In this document: positions 30,851 to 42,655 of the stretch, piece by piece | Layout: every line of letters begins with the position of its first letter | How positions within the stretch are numbered: position 1 is the stretch's first letter | From: an uncultured Alphaproteobacteria bacterium | GTDB lineage: Bacteria > Pseudomonadota > Alphaproteobacteria > Rhizobiales > Rhizobiaceae | Direction of reading: 5' to 3' | NCBI GenBank assembly: GCA_963712205.1 | Contig: CAVQHF010000018.1 | Span: forward strand, 22,173-86,172 | DNA length: 64,000 bases | Notes under the pieces: generated by a model | The model's database searches: none | Told to the model about the DNA's origin: nothing | Seen by the model: only the letters and a program-made list of their open reading frames with translations | Position numbers and translations under genes: made by a program

Positions 30851-31528
30851 TCAAAGGACCGCTGGCAGGCCCCGTTGGATCGGCTGGAAACGCACGGTTC
30901 CGATGTCCTCGCGCTCGAAACGGCTGCCGATCTTGGTCATGCGCGCCAGCATCTGCGGCTGGTCGCCGCTGCCAATGGCGCAAATCATCGTGCCGCCGGA
31001 GACGAGCAGATCGACGAAATTGCGCGGAATCGTTTCGAAAGCCGCCCAGCTGACGATGCGGTCGAAAGGGCCGTCGCCGGAACCGGTCGATCCATCGGCC
31101 TGCGTGGCGACGACATTGCCGATGCCCAGTTGCCGGATCCGGTGATTCGCATCGTGGTGCAGCGTCTTGTAGCGCTCGACCGTGTAGACGCGCTTGGAAA
31201 GCTTGGCGAGCACGCAGGTCGAATAGCCGGACCCCGTACCGATCTCCAGAACCCGCTGGTTGCCGTCCAGTTCCAGCGCATGGAATATCCGCGCCTGAAG
31301 GTCGATGCCCTCCAGCGTCTCGCCGCAACCGATCGGGATCGTGCGCGGGCCCAACGCCACATGCCGGTACTGGGCGTCGACGAAATTGCCGCGCGGAACA
31401 GCCTCGATGGCGCTCATCACCGCCTTGTCGTCGAGACCGGCGGCGCGCATGCGCAAAAGGAATGCCGCAAATCCCTCGAGTTCGCCTTCTGAAACCGTTC
31501 GTGGACCCCGAGAGGCGCCTGGCGTCAT
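30851..31528 (-). CDS. pcm: Protein-L-isoaspartate O-methyltransferase
   Basis: [21 protein letters not shown]; surE-pcm-nlpD synteny. Confidence 0.9.
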   Translation of the reverse strand: MTPGASRGPRTVSEGELEGFAAFLLRMRAAGLDDKAVMSAIEAVPRGNFVDAQYRHVALGPRTIPIGCGETLEGIDLQARIFHALELDGNQRVLEIGTGSGYSTCVLAKLSKRVYTVERYKTLHHDANHRIRQLGIGNVVATQADGSTGSGDGPFDRIVSWAAFETIPRNFVDLLVSGGTMICAIGSGDQPQMLARMTKIGSRFEREDIGTVRFQPIQRGLPAVL

Positions 31529-32283
31529 GCGAGCGCCTCCTCCAGCCGCTGCGAAAGTTCGCGTGCCGTCAGGTCGAGTTTCAGCGGCGTCACGGATATC
31601 TGGTTGTTCTGCAGAGCGGCGATATCGCTCTCCTCCGCGGCCTCGATCGGCGAGCGGCCGAAGCGGATCCAGAAATACGGGAAACCGCGTCCGTCGGCGC
31701 GCTCTTCCATGTAGAGCCCGTGCAGCAGCTTGCCCTGCCGCGTCACTACCGTGCCCTCGACCGCGTCGATGCCGCAATTCGGGAAATTCACATTGAGGAA
31801 CGTACCTGGGTCCATGTCCACCGAGATCAGTTTCTTCAAAAGCGCCGGCGCATGCGTCTCCACGACGTCCCACGGAACGACGCGGCGCTGGCCGTCGAAA
31901 GTATACGCCTGCGACAGCGCAATGGAACGCACCCCCAGCAGCGTCCCCTCCATCGCGCCGGCGACCGTTCCCGAATAGGTGACGTCATCGGCGAGATTGG
32001 CGCCCGAATTCACGCCCGACAGCACGAGGTCCGGCTTTTCCGGCATGACATGCGTCACCGCCATGATGACGCAGTCGGTCGGCGTGCCGCGCAGCGCAAA
32101 GCGCTTCTCGGAAATTTCACGCAGCCGCAGCGGATCGTTGATCGTCAGCGAATGGGCAAGCCCGCTCTGGTCGCTCTCGGGCGCGACAACCCAGACATCG
32201 TCGGAAAGCGTTGCCGCGATGCGTTCGAGGACCGCAAGGCCCTCGGCATGAATACCGTCGTCATTGGTAATCAGGATGCGCAT
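31525..32283 (-). CDS. surE: 5'/3'-nucleotidase SurE
   Basis: [32 protein letters not shown]. Confidence 0.97.
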   Translation of the reverse strand: MRILITNDDGIHAEGLAVLERIAATLSDDVWVVAPESDQSGLAHSLTINDPLRLREISEKRFALRGTPTDCVIMAVTHVMPEKPDLVLSGVNSGANLADDVTYSGTVAGAMEGTLLGVRSIALSQAYTFDGQRRVVPWDVVETHAPALLKKLISVDMDPGTFLNVNFPNCGIDAVEGTVVTRQGKLLHGLYMEERADGRGFPYFWIRFGRSPIEAAEESDIAALQNNQISVTPLKLDLTARELSQRLEEALA

Positions 32284-32299
32284 CGTCTTCCCTTCATTG

Positions 32300-33579
<1,280 letters not shown>

Positions 33580-33672
33580 GGCTCAAGTCCTGTGAGAAAG
33601 AGAATCTGGAAAACGGAGGGTCCATCGCCCGAATGCGGGCGACGGTCAAGGGCAGCGCGCGCCGCGCCGCCC

Positions 33673-34557
33673 TCAGGAGGTTTTGTCGGTTTCTTCCGAA
33701 GCTTCGGCCTCGGCGCTTTCCGCTTCGCCTTCGGCCTCGTCGTCTTCCGGCTCGTCTCCGGCCTGCTCGCGCTCGCGCTTCTGCTTTTCGACATAGCGCG
33801 CCGAGATGATCGACAACTCGTAAAGCAGGATGGTCGGCACGGCGAGACCGATCTGCGTCAGCGGATCGGGCGGCGTCAGGATCGCGGCGGCGACGAAGGC
33901 GAACACGATCGCGTATTTGCGTTTTTCGGCGAGCGCCTCGCTGGAGACGATGCCGGCGCGGGCCAGAAGCGTGATCGCCACCGGCAACTGAAACACCAGC
34001 CCGAATGCGAAGATCAGCGTCATGATGAGGCTGAGATATTCCGACACCTTCGGCAGGTGCTGGATCGAGGCGACGCCGTCACCGCCGGTCTGCTCCATCG
34101 ACAGGAAGAACCACATCGCGCCCGGAATGACCATGAAATAGACCAGCGCCGCACCGAGCAGGAACAGGATCGGGGTCGCGATCAGATAGGGATAGAAGGC
34201 CTGGCGCTCGCTGCGGTAAAGCCCGGGCGCGACGAAACGGTAGAGTTGCGACGCGATCACCGGAAACGCCAGCACCATGCCGCCGAAGGCGGCGATCTTG
34301 ATCCGCGTGAAGAAGAACTCCTGCGGCGCCGTATAGATGAACCGGATCTCGTGCTCCTGCAGGCCGTGCCACTTGACCGCCCACTGGAACGGCACGACCA
34401 GGAAATTGAAGATATGCGCGGATACCGCGTAGCAGAGGATGAACGCCACGAAAAACGCGCCGACGCTCCACATCAGGCGGCCGCGCAACTCGATGAGATG
34501 CGACATCAGCGGCGCCGCCGATGCCTCCATATCCTCTTCTTCGTTGGCCTTGCTCAC
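33673..34557 (-). CDS. tatC: Twin-arginine translocase subunit TatC (GTG start)
   Basis: HLIELRGRL, FVAPGLY, FQLP, LTPPD. Confidence 0.95.
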   Translation of the reverse strand: MSKANEEEDMEASAAPLMSHLIELRGRLMWSVGAFFVAFILCYAVSAHIFNFLVVPFQWAVKWHGLQEHEIRFIYTAPQEFFFTRIKIAAFGGMVLAFPVIASQLYRFVAPGLYRSERQAFYPYLIATPILFLLGAALVYFMVIPGAMWFFLSMEQTGGDGVASIQHLPKVSEYLSLIMTLIFAFGLVFQLPVAITLLARAGIVSSEALAEKRKYAIVFAFVAAAILTPPDPLTQIGLAVPTILLYELSIISARYVEKQKREREQAGDEPEDDEAEGEAESAEAEASEETDKTS

Positions 34558-35298
34558 GATTTGTCCTCGGCGGCTGGTTTCTTGGCCTTCGCCCTGGCTT
34601 TTGGTTTTGCCGCGCTCGCCGTCGCCACGCTCGCCGTCTTGGCAGGCGCTGTCTTGGCAGCGCTTTGCTGTTGTCCTCGCGGCAGCCGGTTTGGCCGGAG
34701 CCTTCGGCTTGGCGGCGGCCTTTACCGCTGCGGATTTCGTCGCCGGTGCGGATTTGGCTGATGCCGTCCTGGTCGCGGCGGACTTGGCAGAGGACGACTT
34801 GGCAGCCGTTTTCGCCGCCGCGGTTTTCGCGGTCGGCTTCTTGGCGGCGGTCTTTTTGGCGGCAGCGGAGGTGGATTTTGCCGCCGGTTTCTTGGCGGCG
34901 GCCTTGGCCGTCTCCTCGGCGGCGTTCATCTTGTCGCCGGCGCCGTCGAGCGCCGTTTCGCTGCTGCTTTTCGGTTTTTCGGGCGCTGGGACCGTCGTCG
35001 CCTTCTTCAGCTCGGAACTGATATCCTGGCCGACCTTTCCGAGCGGACTGAGCACATCCTTGATCTGGTTGCGCGGATCGAGGCCGCGCATGTCGTCCGC
35101 GATCTTGCGCACGTCATCGAGCTCGGCTTCTTTCAGCGCCTCGTCGAACTGCCGGCGGAAATCGCCGGCCATCTTGCGCAGATTGCTCGTCGTCTTGCCG
35201 AAGGTTCGCAGCATCTTCGGCAGATCTTTCGGGCCGACGATAACGATCAGCACGATGGCGATGACGAGCAGTTCACTCCAGCCAAAATCCGGCAGCAT
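34554..35298 (-). CDS. tatB: TatB with a long Lys/Ala-rich tail (an indel near 34665 fuses it artificially to tatC)
   Basis: DFGWSELLVIAIVLIVIVGPKDLP; the alternative frame continues ...AAKPKAKAKARKPAAEDKS-stop overlapping the tatC GTG. Confidence 0.9.
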
Positions 35299-35366
35299 GG
35301 CAGATGTCCATCCGCGTCACTGCGCGACCGGCAATGCCGGCCGGGCGCGTGTCGCTTGAAAGCGGT

Positions 35367-35594
35367 TCAGCTTTTCTTCTTGGCGGCGGTGGTGGTGGTG
35401 TCGACGGCGTCTTCGGCGCTGTGCTCCACCGTCTTGGTTCCGTCGTCCTTCGCATCCTCGTCCGCAAGACCCTTGCGGAAGCTCTTGATGCCTTTCGCGA
35501 CATCGCCCATCAGGTCCGGAATCTTGCCGCGCCCAAACAGCAGCAGCACGATCACGAGCACGATGATCCAATGCCAGATACTGAAACTACCCAT
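35367..35594 (-). CDS. tatA: Twin-arginine translocase TatA/E
   Basis: [29 protein letters not shown]. Confidence 0.97.
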   Translation of the reverse strand: MGSFSIWHWIIVLVIVLLLFGRGKIPDLMGDVAKGIKSFRKGLADEDAKDDGTKTVEHSAEDAVDTTTTAAKKKS

Positions 35595-35631
35595 CGATTA
35601 CGTCTCCTCAATCCGCGTATTCGCCAACCAC

Positions 35632-36741
35632 TTAGGCGTTTTCGGTCCCAGTTTCAAACAGCATTATGTCCGCGGGACGCACAATTATCGTCACATCCCT
35701 AATGTTGGGTGGCAGTTCGTCCGCGCGGATGCGCGCACGCACCGGATCGTCCGTGCCGGGAACCGCCAGAACCAGCGTTTCCGTCGAACCGAGGAAGCGC
35801 CGGCTGACGATCCGGCCCGGTATCGCGCCCGGCACCGCCGCGCCGCCGGCGGCGACATCGAGGCCGACCGTGCGCACGGCGACGGTGACGGCGGCGCCTT
35901 CGCCGCGGTTCGCACAGGTAACCGCGCCCAGCGGCGTCTCCGCCATCCCGTTGCGGCAAACTGTTGAAAACACGTTCAGCTCGGCGAAAAACCCGGCGAC
36001 AAAGAGGTTTCGCGGACCGTGATAGATCTCCTGCGCCGTCCCTGCCTGGATGATCTCTCCCTTGTCGAGCAGTGCGATCCTGTCGCCCATGCGCATGGCC
36101 TCCTCGGCATCATGCGTCACGACGATCGCGGTGGCGCGCGTTTCGCGCAGGATCGCCAGCGTCTCGGCACGCACGCTGTCCTTCAGCCGCGTGTCGAGGC
36201 CGGAAAAAGGCTCGTCCATGAGGATCACGGAAGGCCTCGGCGCAAGTGCGCGTGCGAGCGCCACGCGCTGCTGTTCGCCGCCCGACAGGACATGCGGATA
36301 GCTGCGGAGATGATGCTCCAGCCCGACGCGGCGGATCGCCGACAGCGCCTCGCGGTTGGTGTCGGCGGCCGACATGTTGCGCAACCCGAAGCGCACATTG
36401 TCGAGGATCGTCATGTGCGGAAACAGCGCGAAATCCTGGAACATCAGCCCGACCGAGCGCTTTTCCGGCGGCGTGAAAATGTTGTCGCCGGCGATCACCC
36501 GGCCGTTCATCCTGACCCGGCCCGATGTCTGCGCCTCGAGCCCGGCGGCCAGCCGCAGAAGCGACGTCTTGCCCGATCCCGACGGCCCGAGAAGGCACAG
36601 GATCTCGCCCGGATTGGCAACCAGCGAAATGCCCTTCAGCGTGTGCACGTCGCCATAATGAAGATGGATATCCTCAAAGGCGAGTTCCGCGGCAAAGGTG
36701 ACGCCGGTGCGTGGCAGGGATGAATTCGTGGTCTGAACCAT
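35632..36741 (-). CDS. ABC transporter ATP-binding protein (FbpC/PotA-like, C-terminal TOBE domain)
   Basis: GPSGSGKT, FQDFALFPH, LSGGEQQR, MDEPFSGLD. Confidence 0.9.
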   Translation of the reverse strand: MVQTTNSSLPRTGVTFAAELAFEDIHLHYGDVHTLKGISLVANPGEILCLLGPSGSGKTSLLRLAAGLEAQTSGRVRMNGRVIAGDNIFTPPEKRSVGLMFQDFALFPHMTILDNVRFGLRNMSAADTNREALSAIRRVGLEHHLRSYPHVLSGGEQQRVALARALAPRPSVILMDEPFSGLDTRLKDSVRAETLAILRETRATAIVVTHDAEEAMRMGDRIALLDKGEIIQAGTAQEIYHGPRNLFVAGFFAELNVFSTVCRNGMAETPLGAVTCANRGEGAAVTVAVRTVGLDVAAGGAAVPGAIPGRIVSRRFLGSTETLVLAVPGTDDPVRARIRADELPPNIRDVTIIVRPADIMLFETGTENA

Positions 36742-36791
36742 TGGGTACGGTCGAGGGAACGGGACAACGGGCGTTTCACGCCCGCCCCGTC

Positions 36792-37571
36792 TCAATCATC
36801 GCCACCCTTGGGTGTCAACAGACCAAGTTCTTCCAGATCGATGTCGGTCAGCTCGTCTTCTTCCTCGGTCAACTCGTCCGGATCGATATTCGGAAGCGGC
36901 ATCGAGAAGCTCGACGGCATGCGCGAGGACAACAACCCTGCCCCCTTGAGCTCTTCCATGCCGGGCAGATCGCGAATTTCGGACAGGCCGAAATGGTCGA
37001 GGAATTCGAGTGTCGTCCCGTAGGTCACAGGCCGTCCGGGCGTCTTGCGCCGACCGCGCATTTTCACCCATCCGGTCTCCAGCAGCACGTCGATCGTGCC
37101 CTTCGAGGTCTCGACGCCGCGAATGTCCTCCATCTCGGCGCGCGTGATCGGCTGGTGGTAGGCGATGATCGCCAGCACTTCCAGCGCGGCGCGCGACAGC
37201 TTGCGCTGCTGCACCTCCTCGCGCTGCATCAGGAAGCCGAGGTCGCCCGCCGTCCTGAACGCCCAGCTATTTTCGATCCGCACGAGATTGACGCCGCGCT
37301 TGTCGTAGAATTCCTGCAATTCGCTCATCAGCGCGCCGACATCGACACCGTCGGGAAGCCGCGCCGCCAGCGCCTTTTCGCTCACCGGTTCGCTCGACGC
37401 GAAGACAAGCGCCTCGGCCATGCGCATGGCCTCGGCCTCCATCAGCCGCAGCGCGGGGTTGTCGCTTTCGATCGAGACGACTGTATCGGTGTCCGGCGAC
37501 GTGCCCTCGTAGAACTCGTCCAGCGCTTCCGCGCCGCCGCCATTGCCCATTTCGTCCATGCTGTCGGTCAT
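36792..37571 (-). CDS. scpB: SMC-Scp complex subunit ScpB
   Basis: LSRAALEVLAIIAYHQPITRAE..IRGV, PGRP..YGTT..FL..FGL. Confidence 0.95.
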   Translation of the reverse strand: MTDSMDEMGNGGGAEALDEFYEGTSPDTDTVVSIESDNPALRLMEAEAMRMAEALVFASSEPVSEKALAARLPDGVDVGALMSELQEFYDKRGVNLVRIENSWAFRTAGDLGFLMQREEVQQRKLSRAALEVLAIIAYHQPITRAEMEDIRGVETSKGTIDVLLETGWVKMRGRRKTPGRPVTYGTTLEFLDHFGLSEIRDLPGMEELKGAGLLSSRMPSSFSMPLPNIDPDELTEEEDELTDIDLEELGLLTPKGGDD

Positions 37572-38419
37572 TGTTCCGTCCCCGGGCGGGCCACATCCCG
37601 CATGTATAGCGTTGCGAAAGGCGCATCCTGGCGCATCTCCAACACCCGTTCGCGCACCAGTTCGAGACTTGCCGCAAACGTGCTCGCTATCGCCGTCCGC
37701 CGCATCTGCGGCGTCGCGATATAAGCGATGATGAAGCTGTCGAGCGCGGTCCAGTCGCTCACGTCGCCGACCAGCTTGCGCAGGATCTCGCGCGCCTCGG
37801 TCAGCGACCAGACCGCGCGTTTGGCGATCTCGACGTGATCGATGGCTTCACGCTGGCGCTGCTGCGCATAGGCGGTCAGCAGGTCGTAGAGCGAGGCGTG
37901 ATACTCGCTTGTCTTTTCGACGATCACCATTTCCGGCATGCCGCGCGCAAAGACGTCGCGTCCGAGCCGGTTGCGGTTGATCAGCCGCGCCGCGGCATCG
38001 CGCATCGCTTCCAGCCGCTTCAGCCGGAATTGCAGCAACGCGGCCATTTCCTCGCCGGTCTGCTCGCCCTCGATTTTCGGCTCCGGGATCAGCAGCTTCG
38101 ATTTCAGGAAGGCGAGCCACGCCGCCATCACGAGATAGTCGGCCGCGAGTTCAAGCCGCAGCGCCCGCGCCTTTTCGATGAAGACGAGATATTGCCGCGC
38201 CAGTTCCAGCACCGAAATCTGCGTCAGGTCGACCTTCTGGTTTCGCGCCAGGTGCAGCAGCAGGTCGAGCGGGCCCTCGAAGCCGTCGACATCGACGACC
38301 AGCGCCGGTTCGGACGTGGCGCGCTCCGGGCCGTTGTCCTGCCAGACGGCATCCATCGGCACCGCCTTGTTCCTGGCGGCGCCGTTCTCGGCTGCAGTCT
38401 GTCGTTCCGTCGCGCTCAA
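37568..38419 (-). CDS. scpA: Segregation/condensation protein ScpA
   Basis: FEGPLDLLLHL, AADYLVMAA.L..KS. Confidence 0.95.
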   Translation of the reverse strand: MSATERQTAAENGAARNKAVPMDAVWQDNGPERATSEPALVVDVDGFEGPLDLLLHLARNQKVDLTQISVLELARQYLVFIEKARALRLELAADYLVMAAWLAFLKSKLLIPEPKIEGEQTGEEMAALLQFRLKRLEAMRDAAARLINRNRLGRDVFARGMPEMVIVEKTSEYHASLYDLLTAYAQQRQREAIDHVEIAKRAVWSLTEAREILRKLVGDVSDWTALDSFIIAYIATPQMRRTAIASTFAASLELVRERVLEMRQDAPFATLYMRDVARPGTEQ

Positions 38420-38476
38420 TCGCTCCGCTCCTGTTTCGCCGGCATTCTCCTGCCGGCGGACGGTCGCGCCGCGAGT

Positions 38477-39512
38477 TCAGGCGGCCGCCGTGAAATATCC
38501 GTTCAACTCGTCCCGCAGCGCGGCGACTTCAACCGCATCGCCGGGCCTGCCGTCCTGGCGCGAGAGATGCGCCAGCGCCGCTTTCGCCCGCTCTTCCGCC
38601 CTGCCGGTCAAAACCGGCGTCCTGGCGGTTACGGCCAGCATCTCGTCCATGACGCCGTTGCAATGTAGGACAACATCGCAGCCCGCGCCAAAGATGCTTT
38701 CGGTACGCGTCCCGAAATCCCCAGAAAGTGCGTGCATGGAAACGTCATCGCTCATCAGCAGGCCGTCGAAACCGATCTCGCCGCGAATGATCTCCTCGAC
38801 CACACGCGGCGATGTCGTCGCCGGCCGGTCCGGATCGAGCGCCGAATAGACGACATGCGCCGTCATCGCCATCGGCATGGCGTTCAGCGCGCGAAACGGC
38901 GGGAAATCGTGCGCACGCAGATCCTCCAGCGGCGTATCGACCACCGGCAGCGCCTTGTGGCTGTCCGAAAACGCTCGGCCATGGCCCGGTATGTGCTTGA
39001 TCACCGGCAGCACGCCACCGTCGAGCAGCCCTTCGGCCGCTTCTCTTCCGAGGATCGCCACGGTCTCCGGATCGTGCCCGTAGGCGCGGTCGCCGATCAC
39101 GTCATGGGCACCTTCGACCGGCACGTCCAGCACCGGAAGGCAGTCGGCGGTGATGCCAAGCGGCAGAAGGTCGGCCGCATGCAGCCGCGACATGGCGCGC
39201 GCGGCGCGCTTTCCGGCCGCCGGATCCCTGCGATAAAGCGCGCCGATCGCAGCGCCGGACGGATAGCGTTGCGTGATCGGCTCGCGAATGCGCTGCACCC
39301 GCCCGCCTTCCTGGTCGATGAAGACCGGCGCGTCGGCACGCCCGACAAGCATCGCGGAAATGCGCCGTCAGCGCCTTGATTTCCTCCGCCATGCCGATGT
39401 TGCGCGCAAACAGGATAAGGCCCCACGGCCTTTCGCGCGTCAGGAACGCCACCTCGTCCTCGGTGAAGCGTATTCCGGCGCAGCCGGTGATCATCGCCTT
39501 TGATTCGGTCAT
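38477..39512 (-). CDS. nagZ: Beta-N-acetylhexosaminidase (frameshift near 39350)
   Basis: GLILFARN, IDQEGGRVQR, KHIPGHG...DSH, SDD.SM.AL. Confidence 0.93.
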
Positions 39513-39543
39513 GGCGAATCATATCCACATTCGCCGGAAACGG

Positions 39544-39565
39544 GAAAGGGCGGCCGAAGCCGCCC
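39544..39565 (-). terminator. Possible terminator hairpin between the SPOR gene and nagZ
   Basis: GGGCGGC-CGAA-GCCGCCC with an adjacent short A/T run. Confidence 0.45.
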
Positions 39566-39593
39566 CGTTGGATGCCGGTCGAAGCCTCCCGCC

Positions 39594-42567
39594 CTAGCGG
39601 GCGACGAAACAGCTGCCGCCGGCACGCTTGTAGGCTTCGCACAGCGCGACGGCATCCTGCCGGCTGGTCGCCGCGACGCGAACGCGATGGAAGGTTCCCC
39701 GTCCCTCGATTTCAGCCGTCTGGATGGTGATCGCGCGGCCGCCGAGGATATCCGAATAACGCCGCGACAGGTTCTGCGCCGTCTGCTGGGCGAGTTCGGC
39801 CGAGGGCTGTGAAGCGATCTGCACCGCATAGCCGCTCGCGCTCGCAGCCTGCTGCGTCGCCGGCTGCGCCGGCTCGGTGGCCCGCGCCGTCTGGGTTTGT
39901 TGCGGATTGACGATGTTGACCGGCTGGTCGGCCGGACGCTCGGGTATGGTGGTCGGCGTGCGGAGACGCTGGGGGCTGGGCGCAGCGGCGGCGTTTTCTT
40001 CGGCCGGGGTTCAGCGGTCGTTTCGCGCTGCGTTGCTTGCGGCGGCTTGCGGTTCGCTTGCCGTGGCAAGCGTTTCGAGCGCTGCGTTCTCGGCCGGCGT
40101 CATCTCCACGCTGGTTTCGGCCGTATCCGCCGGTTGCGGAGCCGCTGTCGCGGTCTCTGTTTGCGTCGCCGGAGGCTCGAGCCGGGCAGGCGCAGGCGCC
40201 ATGTCGATCGAGCGTATCGTTTCAGCGGCATTCCCGGCGGGCGGTGTCTGCGCTGCCGTCGCAGCCGCCGAGGGAACCTCCGGCTGCTCCGTCTCGACAA
40301 ACGATCCGTCAGGCTTGACGATCACGGTGCGCACCCGGCGCGGCGTCAGGACAGCAGTCGGGCTTTCCGTGGAGGCCGCGGGGCCGGTCGCCTCCGCGCT
40401 TTCCGGCAACAGCCGGTCCTCGCCCTTGCCCGCCTCGGTCACGCCATTCGGAAGAGCCTCCGATCCGGCACCGTTCAGATCGATCGGTTCCTCGGACGTC
40501 GAGACGAGCGATTCCTGGGTCGGCTGGGTTTCGGTGATGCCGTCGACCTCGCCATAGACGGCACGGTCCTGGTTCGGAACCTGCTTGCCACCCGGATCTT
40601 CGGGCACGACCTTGACCGGATCGGGATCGGCCTTGACGAGCACCGGAGCGCCGTCCTCGCCGGAATCCTGCGCCGTCAGGCTGAATGCCGCGATGGCGCC
40701 GATAATGGCGATCCCGCCGACAACGGCGGCAATCATCATCCCGCGCTTCGGCTTTCGCAGCGCCTCGGCGGGCGCGGCCATGCCGAGGACAGGTGGGTTT
40801 TTCCTGTCTGCGCCGAACTCCTCGCCGCCTTCCTTCGCGGACATGTCGTGGTCGACGAATTCGAGATCGCGCGCAAGATCGTCCTCGAACGCCCCCATGT
40901 CGAAATCGAGGCGCGTATCGGCGGCAGCTGCGGTCGCGGCAGCCGCCTGGCTCATCGCCGGGGTCGGTTCTCGCTCACGTCTGACCGCTGTCATACTGGT
41001 CGTAACCGCTCAGCGCCGCGTCCAGTTCGCGTTCGATGTCGACCGCGGCCGATCGCGTTTCCTCGACGTCCGGTAGCTCCGGCAGATCGAGCGGCTGCAT
41101 CGTTTCGATGTCGCCCGCAGGCATTTCCGCGGTGTCCAGGAACGGCGGATTGTCCCTTTCGAGATCCGCGCCCAGTTCCTCGGCCACCATCTCGATGTCG
41201 TCGAGCACGGCTTCTTCGTCGATCTCCGTCTCGGCGGCAACAGGTTCCGGCGTCTCGGCCTCGGCTTCCTCGTCAAGATCGAGGTCGAATTCGAATGGCT
41301 CTTCGATCTCGGCTTTGGCCGGTTCTGCCGCCGGTTCGAACGAACCTATTTCTTCGCGAAGCGCTTCGAAGGAGGCAATCTCTTCCTGCTCAGCCTCATC
41401 GGACACAGCCTCTTCGCCGGGCATCTCATAGGATGCGACGTCTTCCCGCGACGGCTCGAATGCGAACGCCTCTTCCTGCGGGGCCGCAAGCTCCACGGTC
41501 TCTTCCCGCGCAGCCTCATCGGACACAGCCTCTTCGCCGGGCATCTCATAGGATGCGACGTCTTCCCGCGACGGCTCGAATGCGAACGCCTCTTCCTGCG
41601 GGGCCGCAAGCTCCACGGTCTCTTCCTGCGCAGCCTCATCGGACACGGCCTCTTCGCCCGGCGCCTCATAGGATGCGACGTCTTCCCGCGACGGCTCGAA
41701 CGCGACCGTCTCTTCCTGCGGGGCTTCAAACTCCATGGTCTCTTCGGGCTGAGCCTCGAAGGCCGCGACCTCTTCCTCCGGAGCTGCATAGGCCGCAGCT
41801 TCTTCGTAATCCGGTTCGGGTTGCGCCGTCTCCTCCTCCGACATTTCATCGAGGGAAAGCGTCAATCCTTCGCTGAGCGCGCTTTCGAATTCATCGAGAG
41901 CTTCGTTTTCCTCATCGGCCGGCGAAACCGCGGCCGGCTCGTCCTCGCGCCGGTCCTCTTCGAACCAGTCCGGCGCGGCAGCCGGAATCTGCGGCGACGA
42001 GGTGTCGTGACCGGAGGGATCCGCGGCGTATTCGTCCTGTTCGCCGGTCGCGGGCTCAACACTTGCGGCGGGCGTCTCGGACGGCCAGGGCGCGCCCACT
42101 TTTTCGCCAAGACCGCCAAGCAGATCCATCAGCTCGGCTTCCAGCGTGTCGGCATCGGCATGATCCGGCACGGCCGGCTCGGCGGCGGCGATTTCCGGGG
42201 TGCCTTGCGCTTCCGCCTCAATCTCTGGCGTGGGTTCGGATAAATACGCCGGCTCTTCCGGCAAGATGTCGTCGGCCGACGTCAGTTCCTCTTCGGAAAG
42301 CTCGGCCTCGAATTCGTCGTATTGGGCAGCGGGAACGGCTTCTTCGGCTTCGTCCGATGCGGTCTTGTAGCCGGGATAGTTTTCGAGTTCGCGCAGTAAC
42401 TCGTCCTCGAGATCGATCTGCTCGCCCTCCGCCACGTCTCTGCGAGCGGCATCGTCGGGCTTCGAATAGCCGATGATTTGCGAAAGCTCGAACAGCGGAT
42501 CGTCACGCGAGATCTCGCCTTCTTCGCTGTTTTCGACGTCCAACTTGCGATTGGTTGCGTCCGTCAT
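39594..42567 (-). CDS. SPOR-domain cell division/polar growth protein (FtsN/RgsS-like), frameshifts near 40985 and 40010
   Basis: Very acidic N-terminus (DDPLFELSQIIG), single TM (MMIAAVVGGIAIIGAIAAF), PVLVKADPDPVKVVP, C-terminal SPOR YAVQIAS...FHRVRV...LC..YK..GGSCFV; argS-SPOR-nagZ synteny. Confidence 0.88.
41340..41810 (-). repeat. Intragenic tandem repeat: 30-bp (10-aa) units grouped into about three near-identical 120-bp blocks
   Basis: Sequence at 41401-41460 is identical to 41521-41580 and nearly identical to 41641-41700; peptide EEAVSDEAAx/EETVELAAPQ/EEAFAFEPSR/EDVASYEMPG. Confidence 0.95.
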
Positions 42568-42655
42568 GCCGGTACCCCGTACACCTTACCCAAGGGACGT
42601 TTTGTCCCCGATTACGCTCATTGCCAGCGTATTATGGGCAAAAGGTGACAGGGTT

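Noticed and set aside
33673-35298. Apparent natural TatB-TatC fusion (541-aa ORF)
   Set aside because: The junction peptide is out of character, while the neighbouring frame continues the Lys/Ala tail and stops at a TGA overlapping the tatC GTG. A single indel near 34665 explains it.
41340-41810. Possible CRISPR array
   Set aside because: Repeats are contiguous, in-frame multiples of 30 bp inside a coding region, with no unique spacers and no cas genes.
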